DNA of 64,000 nt. It comes from Asterias rubens. Lineage: Eukaryota. Within the stretch, counting starts at the first letter, position 1, and each line of letters begins with the position of its first letter. The position numbers were made by a program, and so were the translations under genes. The DNA lies in the NCBI RefSeq assembly GCF_902459465.1, contig NC_047081.1, positions 1,798,001 to 1,862,000 of the forward strand, given 5' to 3'. Positions 33,879 to 44,393 of the stretch are shown piece by piece. The notes beneath the pieces were generated by a model, which saw only the letters and a program-made list of their open reading frames with translations, was not told where the DNA came from and made no database searches.

Positions 33879-35537
33879 CAACTAAGGAGAAAACTTTTTA
33901 GCTACTTATTTTCTTCACAATCACACCACGCTAAGCTTCGAACACTAATACAATCCCTTCAACGTTCCCCACATAACGTATACTAGTTGCTATAATAGCT
34001 GAAGAACATTATGACAACTGTTATTGCACTCTGGTCCTTGCTCTCTGTTTGCACAGAGTAACGGTTTGCACAGAGAAAAATCCCAAGGGGTGATGGGTGT
34101 CATTCAGAAGGTCATGCCGTACCCTATGGTTTATGCTTAGAGCAATGGTTTATGCATGGTTTATGAGACATATGCAGCCTTCACCCGATGAACCCTTATC
34201 GTTGCAATTATGTTCTGGATGTCAAAATTAAAGATTATGTTTGTAGTGGCTAGTATACGACAACTATTTCTAGCCTGTGGATTTTGTTTCTTCACAGAAC
34301 TCTGGAAAAGGTATTAAGTGCTTTAATACACGTCGGTGTATAAGGGTAAAAACAAAAGCCTTGATGCAAAAAACTAAAATGTATTTCCAGCAACTTTCAA
34401 GAAGGTGGGTGCAACCACTAGAGAAAGGACAGAGACTATGGAGGAAGGTTTCCTTTTCCTTTCTCCATGGAGGTAGCTCCATTTCTACCTCCATGGTGCA
34501 GCCATCCATTGAGCTATGTAGGTTACCAATGGAGCTATTAGCCAAAGCTCCATTGTATTCAACTGTTCCTTTGTGTCCCGAGAAGTAAGATTGTACCCTC
34601 CCAGGGGCGTAACCAACCAGCCATGTTCATTGGGGGGGGGGGCATGCCGAAGCAAACACATAAAATAGGGTTATTTAATGTACGGAAACATTAAGTTGGA
34701 ACATTTTGTATAAGCTGTTGCAAACGACCCGTCTATTTTTATAATGGTATTATAATGTAAACAAGTATGTGTTTCTGAGCCTGAGGTTTTCTACCCTTTA
34801 GCAGAGTCTTTGATACGTGGGGGTCTTGAATGAAGGCTAAATGACAACTCAACACACACAAACAAGTAAACAAGCGTAACGGATGCATTGAAGTGGAAAT
34901 GTGTGAATAAAGATGGTGGCGGGGGAGCATGGGCTAGGTAGGCAGAAGCGTCACACAAGAGGGGTGGAGGGAAGGGGCTTGAACAAACGCAAAGGGGTTT
35001 GAAACGCACAGAAAATTAAATATTGGAAGAGGGAGAAAAGGTTATCTATTCCTCAAATTGGGCAGACTAAAAAGGATGCTATTTATGTGGGTTAAAGGAG
35101 AAGGCATAGACAAAACAGTTATTAGTCATTTTCCTCTTGGATGATCCATGAATGGTCATACCATTCAGTTGTGGTTTTTTCGAGGGTCCTGTATATTTCA
35201 TGTTTGGTAATGACTCTGGAAATTAATGACAATTTACCCGTAGGCCTACACAATGGAACTACACGAGTAAAGGCTGACTTTAATTTAAAAGGTAAATCTT
35301 TTTTTTTCTTTCGGTAATGTGCGCATGTTCAGAACTGCGTAAACAAGAAACTTTCCCTGGTAGGTCTGCGCCAGCCAGCGTTCGACCATGGTTCGACTAT
35401 CTCCCATTGCTCTGCCAGTTTTCATGTTATCAGCAGTTTATTGTGTAAGGACCGCATGCAGTGCATAGACGGCTGTAAATGTATTTTCCTTTGTGAGTGT
35501 GGCAAACTTTATACCCAAGAAGTATACATGTATAGTC

Positions 35538-35783
35538 CAGGGCCCAATTTCATAGAGCTGCTAAGCACAACAATTTGCTTAGCACGAAACTTCTTCCTTG
35601 ATAACAACAGGATTACCAACTAAATTTTCACATGATTTTCAAGATAAGCAAACAACAGCTGAATACCAGTAACAAGAAATATGCAACAAATGGAAATTTT
35701 GTTGGTAATCCTGTTTTTATCAAGGAAGAAATTTCATGCTAAGCAAATTTTTGTGCTTAGCAGCTCTGTGAAATTGGGCCCTG
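35538..35783. mobile_element. MITE family with CAGGGCCCAATTTCA...TGAAATTGGGCCCTG ends
   Basis: Long TIRs. Related copies at 12330-12629, 24444-24694 (nested in another repeat), about 25933-26128, 29200-29310, 29562-29668, 29984-30242 and 49270-49400 (partial). TSD not resolved consistently. Confidence 0.75.
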
Positions 35784-36409
35784 GTTTGAGCATGGAGGGG
35801 GTTCTTCCTCCATGGTTTGAGACGCTGTTTTCTTTTGTAGTATAATCACCGTTAGAGGGCGCAACATCGACTGGGAGGGACTGTGAAAGTCTACTTCAGA
35901 GCCGGATGTTTGTGTGATACAATATTAACCGGTAACCAATCACACTCTGCGCCTTGAACACTCAGCAGGGTGGATACGTGTACAAGTCTTCTTTTACCCA
36001 TCATTGCACTTGATTGTATTTGCTGCACCACGGAGCAAGGAGTCGGTCGCGACCGACTCCTTTGTGTAATAGTAAAACACACATTGAAGATAAAAAATTT
36101 AAACATAAACATTACACACCACCAACTTTGATCTGTTGGTTTAACTATTCCTCAAGCCATAATCAGGGGTCGATTTCACAAATATTTAGGACTACATGTA
36201 TCAGGACTAGTCATATGAGCTATTACAAACTTAAGGCCTTACTCGAGAGAAGACTAGTCTTAACTCTAAAATTCACTGGAACATTCATTTTTCTCTCTTC
36301 TTTAGAACCTCACAGATCGCCAAAATAACTGGGTCCTACACCAGCCTGTGCCGCATCTACCTCCATGTAGGCTATTGACGATCAACAACAGAGACTATAA
36401 TACCCGAAT

Positions 36410-39400
36410 ATGGAAACAATTGTTATTCAGAAGCGAAATAATGTCACCGAGACCTGGACGTACGGGAGAAAGCCGTCCGTCGCAAAGCGGTGCGGCTCGC
36501 TCTCGACCAGCGGCCGGGGTACGGTGCGATGGGGCCGGGTAGTGGTCTTCGCTTCGTTTATGACCTTACTTCTGAGTACGGGAGTCCTCGGCACACTGGG
36601 CATGTTCGTACCGATATTCCTGCGGGAGTTTAGCTTCGGATCCGGGGAGCTTGGCTGGGTTGCCAGCTCGGGAGTCAGCGTGGAGAGTTTTGCAGGTGAG
36701 GTTTGTTTCTTCTTATCTTCTTCCAGTCAGGTTTTCATCAAAGTTATAGAAAGAGGGGACCAAAGCTTTGCAAACTCTTAGCAAAACATCGGCACTCAAT
36801 GAATCAGGGCATTCTATATTATTTTTATGAAGATTTGGGGTTGCACAAAATAAAATAATTTGCAAGAGTGGGGGTTGAACGTGCGACCTCCGGATTTAAC
36901 GTGGCGGCGCTCTTCTAACAGAGCTATCTAGCCCTGTTGGCGGTCTCCCTATATACTTTGTCATTAGTATCTTTGTTCAGGGGTGTCATTCAGAAGCCAT
37001 AAAACCATTAACTGCCGTGTGTAGCCAGGGATTTGAACCAACGACCCCTGGTGATATGAAGTACCGCGGCGCTCTACAAACTGAGGTATCTAGCCCTCCG
37101 GTCTTCCTATACTATCGTTTCGGTAAAATTTCAGGGGTCCCACTCCAGTCAGAAGCCATACGCCGTTTAAACTGCCGTGTAATTTATCAACATGTCGAGT
37201 GAGAATAGTTGAAAGGTAGAACGTTTGAGACGTAATGTGCAAAAAATTTGTTTGGGGGGGGGGGGAGGGGCAAAGCCACAAGAAGAACAGGTGTATGTGA
37301 TGAGAGCATGACGGACAGGGTGAAGGGTTTTAGAATTGTTCAGTTTTCTTCGTCACGATATTAAAACTGCACCAAAACCATGAATAACCATGCATGACGC
37401 ATTGCTAAGATCACAAGCATACTTTGTTGCTTGTATATAGTTCTAAATTTTTGTACTGTATGCCATGTTTTAATAATGTCCATCTGTTATGTCCTTTATT
37501 GTTTCTTCTTAAATTGTGGCATCAGGAGATTAACTCGATAGTAATTTAGTTTACTTTTTTTCTCTCTCTCTCCTAATGTATGTGCATGTAATGTTTTCTT
37601 TACTATTCTTATTGTCTGTTCTTAAATTTTTACCTGTGAAATTAATAAACGAATGAATCATAAGCAAAGAATTCTGTATTTTTAGACTTCAAAATAACCA
37701 CTTTCGTTTCGCAAATCATGCAAATTTGTATTTGTTATTATTTTGAATTTGTTAGTATTTGTTGAAACAGAAAGTTATATTAATTATCTGTTCTCAATTT
37801 ATGTTCAAATATTTTGAACATGTCAACTCAAAGTGTGTTGGGGTATAAACCGTGGGGGGTTAACAAACTCCCAGGGCCTCCCCTGGGCTGTTTTCCATTT
37901 AAAAGAGAAAATGTGGGTTCAACGTGACCCCAAACCGCAAGAAACAGGTGACAGTTAGTAATAAAGATGAATTTGATTGCATTTGTTTGCTTTATGGGGA
38001 CTAAGTTCATGGTATACTAGCCTTGTCTCAAGCCTCTTTTAAGCATGCACCCGCTTTGAATTCACCGCGCATGAACAACAGTAGTGGCACGGCACTGAAT
38101 TCGCTCGTCCCCAGCGCCTTGCCTTAAATGCGCTGGGGATGGGCAAACGTATCAAGCACGCTCATTGGTCTGTCCAGAAAATGCTCAGTCTAGTCACATC
38201 ACGCATCACACTCATGCTGCAACCATAGAAATACACTGCACGCATGACGTACATCCTGGGCAAGAATCTGACCAAATTGATTAGCCCATCCCAGCGGTCC
38301 AGGTGAAGGTACTGCAGTAGGCCTATGCAGGATACCGTGGGGTCGAAACAGGTTTTTTATTCAACCTCGTACAACGAAGCCGCCACAGTATACATTTACT
38401 GTATATTAGGTACCCCCTGCACGAAGTACAGTGCAGTTCGTCGTTAAACGTGCGGTTCATGCTACCATGGTGAATTAAAAGCGTGGTGCTTGCGTAAAAG
38501 GGTTTCTAGACAAGACTAATGGTGTACGTGTGGGTCACATTTTGTTGAAGATAAAAAAAAAATCCCCTTGCCACACTGTACCCAAAAGGTTGTTTAAACA
38601 ATGAAACGTATATCACAAACAAAACACTGATACAATTGTTCGTATTTTGAACTTCAACATTCCATTGTCCAAGGCCAGAGAAATAAATATAAAATAAACA
38701 GATAATTATTGTGTTGGGCTTATCCCTGACCGAATATGGGAACCTAAGTTAATGTTTGTTTAGCCTCGGAATTTAACTTTGCGGGGGAAGGCCGTTTTAT
38801 GTTTCGTTCTGCAAAGAGCAGTTCCATTGCAAAATCTTCAAATACAGTATGGCAAAGTTTTGCAACTGGGTCGAGACCAAGGGCAACAGAGGCACCAGAG
38901 GCACTGGCATCGGTGGCCCAGGCCTGAATAAACTCGAAATTCCAGGCCTGTAACCTCATCTTTAAGAGGGCAAGGCCATTTTCATTTTGCGAAAGGCATC
39001 CCCATTGCAAAAATAATATTAAAGTCTTTAACGTTTTAAGAGGCACAATGCCAAGACCGAGGCATCTGTGGCTTCCGTGAAAACCAGGATGAACTGTAAA
39101 GGTACCTTTTCTCGACTTCCACGTCTTGGACCCCGGTTCGAATCCCGCCGTGGGATGGGCACTATTGGTTTTCAGTCCCTACACCAGCCTTCACATTCAG
39201 AATAAATGAAATGAAATGAAAAGTTTGATTCAAAATAAATGTACACAATGAAAACGCAAACATTATTTTTCTTCGAAGGACCAATTGGTAGTTTCGTGGT
39301 GAAGCGTATTGGGTGTCGACGTTCCATCATGCTTGGGGGAATTCTCATGGGATGTGGTACCGTCTCGGCGTCGTTCGCAACCACCGTCCTACATCTCTTC

Positions 39401-39653
39401 TTCTGTCTGGGTCTCGTGGCAGGTAAATACAATAAATTGTTTCGAGAAAAAAACGAGTGTAGAAAATACGCCAAATTGTACTGCTTATCGACAGAACGCT
39501 AACAATCACAACTTATTGTCGTATGTAAACGATCACCTACAGCAAAGTTCCTGTAAAAATACCATAGGTATGTTATGTGTTCTGTTTTGGTGGTTTGGGT
39601 TGGAAGCCCACCGCTGCCACTATGTAATATAGGTTTTTCTGGCGAATGTCAGC

Positions 39654-39694
<41 letters not shown>

Positions 39695-41483
39695 ACTCCT
39701 CAATTTAACAACCGGCTAACTAAATTTCGTTTGAAAATGATTGCCCCGATGGATCAGCATTCAAAAAAAGTCTTCTCAGATTGTGCTTCTCAGATGTATT
39801 CCTATAAGGGATTATTCCTCCGGCGTGGACTTTTTTTGCTCCTGATTTTCGACGGTATCAAAAACGCGTCTAGGGGCACGCCTGTTTTTTGTAATTCATC
39901 AAGCTCTGAAAACAAACGGCACAGTACAATGTACTTCAGTTAAGCTCTTCTCACTGCATAATTTCCTGCTATGATCAATTTTTCCCGCCAAAATCAGTCA
40001 AAAACGTTTGGTGTTTTGTTTTACACAGGTCTCGGTGCGTCAATGATTCACGTAGCAACCGTTGTCGTCATCGGTAAATACTACAGCAGACATTACACGG
40101 TAGCCAATGGCATGGCGTATTCGGGTCCCGGGGCCGGTGTCTTCGTCTTCCCACCTTTGGTCCAATACCTCAACGACACTTACGGCTGGAGGGGGAGTCT
40201 AGTCATCGAGGCCGCTATCCTCTCAAATGTGTTAGTGTTGGGCGCCCTCGTGCGGCCAGCGTCGAGGTTTAAATCGAACGTTCTTCATCGCAAATCCCTT
40301 GCCGTACGGGGAGGTGTCGTGGGGAGGAAATTCACAAGTTTTACCGGTGGTGGGGAGAGTAAAGAAAGCTGTAGTAGTGATGGATATTCTGATGACACAA
40401 GAAGCACTGCTGAAGAATGCAGTGAGACTCAACCGAGGGATTACTTAAAGGGCAGTGTAAACTATCAGGACGACTTGTCCATCAAGTCGGCCCCGAGTCT
40501 TTGGAGGCGCTTTCGGTTTTCCGTGAGCCATACTCACCCTCCAGCCGTCCTTGCCGTGTACAGTGTTTGTTTTTTCCACACTGCCGGTTACTCCAGCGTA
40601 TCAGTTCATCTCGTCAATCAGGCCATCTCGTCCGGTGTTACAGACTGGCAGGCATCGCTGCTACTCTCGTGCCTTGGTATAGGCAGCTTCATGGGTCGAG
40701 TTGCCCACAGTTGGTTCCTCACATGGAAACCCATCACGCCCTCGCGGTTGTTCACATTGGCCCTTGTGGTGTGTGCACTCACTGCCGCACTGATACCACA
40801 AAACACCACAGTTGGTGGAATGATGGCATCAGCAACGACTGTTGGGTTGTGCTGTGGTATTTGTTTCTCGCTGGTAGCCGTTATTCTACGAGACCTGGTT
40901 GGTATCACGTACCTGAGCTCTGCGTTCGGGTTCTCTTTATTCTGCTCGGGCATCGGCTCAACAATGGGAGGATATGTCACTGGTAAGTTATCTTTTAAAA
41001 AAGAAATGATATAAGATAATTTCTGGGTAAATTAATTGAGGGCGTTTTTTGTTTGTCAATTTCAAAGTTTCAAAGGCATGCTATGTATTTTTGTGTGTAT
41101 GTCCCATCACGGCTTCTTTTTTACATACTTCACGTTTTATGATGATGCCTTTGTCAAATTTTTCATTTTTCGAGTTAGAGGCTGTTTGCCATGGAAGGGC
41201 CACGTGGCTTAGCAAAAGCTGTCGTCACACAGGGCTGTTTTGTTTAAGTAACATAATTTAGCCTAAATAAAAATCACTAAATTTACTATGGTTTGTTCTT
41301 GTATGTTTTGTACTATCGTCAGGTGCTTTAAGGGATGCAACGGGAAGTTACGATGTACCGTTTTATCTAATCAGTGGGTTCTTCGCCATAGCTGCTCTAT
41401 CTTCTCTCTTACAGTCATTCGTTTACTGGCACCAAGAGTACAGACACCGCCACCTACCAGGTCCAGGTGCCACGCCCATCTGA
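36410..41483 (+). CDS. SLC16/monocarboxylate-transporter-family MFS protein, paralog A, 4 exons, 514 aa
   Basis: Exons 36410-36695, 39279-39422, 40029-40982, 41323-41483, all joined in phase 1 at GT-AG sites. Motifs WGRVVVFASF, GPIGSFVVKRIGCR, IGKYYSRHYTVANG, YGWRGSLVI, GALRDATGSYDVPFY. Confidence 0.92.
36860..37190 (-). repeat. Tandem array (about 2.3 units of about 170 bp) of a tRNA-like-headed repeat
   Basis: Repeated TTCAGGGG..CAGAAGCCATA...AACTGCCGTGT and degenerate A/B boxes (TAGCTCTGTTAG...GTTCAA). Similar head at about 26975-27040. Confidence 0.5.
38018..38518. mobile_element. About 500-bp non-autonomous TIR element in intron 1 of MCT paralog A
   Basis: Degenerate long TIRs TAGCCTTGTC...GCTTTGAATTCACC / GGTGAATTAAAAGC...GACAAGACTA. 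Confidence 0.55.
39653..39694 (+). repeat. (CAA)14 microsatellite in intron 2 of MCT paralog A
   Basis: Perfect trinucleotide run. Confidence 0.95.
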
Positions 41484-41707
41484 GGGCGTGTGCAGTACGG
41501 TTGATAACAGTTATTAATTTTATCAGAAGATAAGAACTTCCTACCACGCCCAAGTGCCACGCCCTTTTCAGTGTTTGCACATTACTGGCGAGACAGTAAT
41601 TGTTTTCAGACATAATAACTTCCCAAAAGGCCCCGGTGCCACGCCCCATGCAGTCATTAATGTTTTCAGGACATAATAACTCCATCCGAGGCCCAAGTGC
41701 CACGCCC
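41467..41707. repeat. Degenerate tandem repeat anchored on GTGCCACGCCC (4 copies), beginning in the last codons of MCT paralog A
   Basis: Motif at 41467, 41554, 41636 and 41697 with shared GACATAATAACT/GATAAGAACT spacers. Confidence 0.75.
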
Positions 41708-41747
41708 TTATATGACTCTACACTGATGCCTTCTTGAATTCCCTTAA

Positions 41748-42100
41748 AGACACTGGACACTAATGGTAATTGTGGTAATTGTCAAAGACCAGTCTTCTCA
41801 CTTGGTGTATCTGAACATAATTATGCATAAAATAACAAACCTGTGAAAACCTTAGCTCGATTGGTCGTCGGTGTTGCGAGATAACTATGAAAGAAAAAAA
41901 CACTCTTGTCACACGACGTTGTGTGCTTTTAGATTGTTGATTTCGAGACCTCAAATTCTAAATCTGAAGTTTCGTAATCAAATTCGTGAAAAAAAAATCA
42001 TTCTCTCTCGAAAACTACGTCACTTCAGAGGGAGCCGTTTCTCAAGTGAGGTTTTATGCTGACAATTATTTTGAGTAATTACCAATAGTGTCCACTGCCT
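41748..42100 (-). mobile_element. Kolobok-like MITE, full copy between the two MCT 3' ends
   Basis: ttaa|AGACACTGGACAC...GTGTCCACTGCCT|ttaa. Confidence 0.8.
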
Positions 42101-44039
42101 TTAAGCAGGCTAGTCGAAATATTGAGACCAATACATGTATTAAGAACTCACTCCGCGGCAGTAAAGTTAATGTAAACGAGAAGTCTCCTCGATCCACAAA
42201 AAGCTAGACTTGACTAAAATCCCGATTCCGTGCCATCGCTAGAAAACTGCTCTGCATTCCCCCCCCCCCCCCAAACCTGTTCCGCATGCGGGACTACTGA
42301 TAGCTATATGACTGCGGGTATGCTAGGGACCTCTTGCACGAGAACGGGACTTGAATCAAGTCTAACTAAAAGCTAAAGAAGTAATCCTAACCGAGTTCAT
42401 ACCTCCTGCCCAAGTAGCAGTTAATAGGCAAGACAGTTTGCTTTAGAACTTAGTAGTCTCCCGAATTTAGAAATCTACTCCGTGGCAGTGGAATAAATAG
42501 CAAGACAACTTTACAAAGAACAAATTTACACAGCAAATAGTTGGCTTCTAAATATGTTATTATATTGTATATTATTAAACACTTTTTATGAAAGATACAA
42601 AACATGGTGAGAGAAGTTTGTCAGCAATAATAATAAATCTCTATTACACATGGTGTATAATGTAATTATGTATCAAACAAATACCACTTTCCTGATATAA
42701 AAAAATACCACTTTTCTGATATATAACTTTGAACTAACATCTATAAAAACATTTTGAAATGTATGCGAGTTTATAAAATAAACATGTGGGTGACTTGTCC
42801 ATACAGGTATATACAGGTGTTGGTGGACGATACTGTTTCGTGTATATTAAATTCATAAAAAGAAATTGTGCATAAAGTTGTGCATAACAGGCAAGCAATT
42901 CTTGTTTGCCTTTTAACGTTTAAAATACATTATGTAGTTAAAATTAATATTGTATTCTCCTTATAAATTATTTTTTAAGAGGCTCTTTTTATGGTTAAAA
43001 AAATAATAATTACACTAAACTCCGAAGACTGTTTGATTTTATTTTGCCTGATGTTGTTATCGCTCAAAAAAGATGACTAATAACAACTTAAGGCACGTCC
43101 TAATAAAGGGTATATTCAGCCTCGGTAACATGACATTTTAAAAAAGGTATTGGAAAATATGTTAAAGGCACTTGACACTATTGGAAATTACTCAAAATAA
43201 TTGTTTGCATTACAAACTTACTTTGTCGGGAGCAATGTGTATGAGAAACGGCTCCCTTTAAAGAAGTAACGTAGTTTTTTTTTAGAAAGAGGTGTGCGCT
43301 TTGAGCGCTTTAAAGCATTTAAAAGCTTCGAAATAAATACGGTTGGACAGATGTCTTAAAACGTAGAAAATAATAATCAAAAGAGAAAAATAACCGTACA
43401 CTTGTTTAGTGCCGCCTTTTCAGAAAATCTCATTCAAGTCATTTCCTTTTTAAAATGGATTACTGAAGGCCTTAACTTCGAATTGCACCTTTAAGAATGC
43501 GTAGGCCGACACCGTGAACATTGGAGTAATGTTTGTAATATTATCAAGAAAGGACCCTGCACCCTGCCTATTTATAGTCAGCCTCAGTTTGAGTTCATTG
43601 CATAAATGGGGTTAAGTTACTAACATTATTATAAGGAGAATCCGAGCCTATAAAACGTTCAGCCTCGCTTTAGAAACATAAACTTGCATATAGAACTCAA
43701 ACACCATTATTGTGGTTAGGTCGTGAAGTTTGTAAAATTTAAAGGCACTTAGTGAATAATATTGCGACATGACAAGGCCAAGTTAAAAACACGCACATCT
43801 ATTAAACCCCAACTTAGGGGTTTCAATAGCGCAAAATAAACACAAGGGGTCACTGCTCCCGGATTTATATGTAGTTGTAAGTTATAGAGCAAGTTCGATT
43901 GCGGGACATAGTTGACCATTGTTCGCCGTTGGGCGATTTTGCCTTGTGCCCAGACTGCATGCATAGTAACCATGCTCACTGACTCGGGGTTGACAAAATG
44001 GTCGCTACTCGAACTTGTCTTTTGTTGTGTTTGTGTAGA

Positions 44040-44393
44040 TATCAAAACATGAAACAGCCGTGTACTCAAACCACTATTTCATGTGCAGGCTGCTCCGACT
44101 TGCCCTATTATTTTGTGTTGGTGTATATATCAAAACATGAAACAGCCGTGTACTCAAACCACTGTTTCATTGGCAGGCTGCTCCCAAGACATGAAACATC
44201 CGTGTACTTATACAACTGTTACATTGACAGGCTGCTCCCAAAACATTAAACAGCCGTGCACTCAAACCACTATTCTACGTGCAGGTTGCTCCGACCATCC
44301 GACTTGCCCTATTATTTTGTGTTTGGGTAGATATCAAAACATGAAACAGCCGTGTACTCAAACCACTGTTTCACGTGTAGGCTGCTCCGACTT
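44040..44393. repeat. Minisatellite: 5 units of a 54-bp core with an optional linker of about 33 bp; overlaps the stop codon of MCT paralog B
   Basis: Repeated ATGAAACAGCCGTGTACTCAAACCACT...GCAGGCTGCTCC. Confidence 0.85.

Noticed and set aside
39575-39943. ORF with a polyglutamine tract
   Set aside because: Arises from an intronic (CAA)14 microsatellite in MCT paralog A.
40501-40986. Overlapping alternative-frame and antisense ORFs (also within CHST, MCT B, OAS-like and nodal)
   Set aside because: Shadows of GC-richer genuine coding exons, with no recognisable domains.
44040-44393. Repeat/spacer-like periodicity suggesting a CRISPR array
   Set aside because: The intervening segments are themselves homologous, the context is eukaryotic and no cas genes are present.
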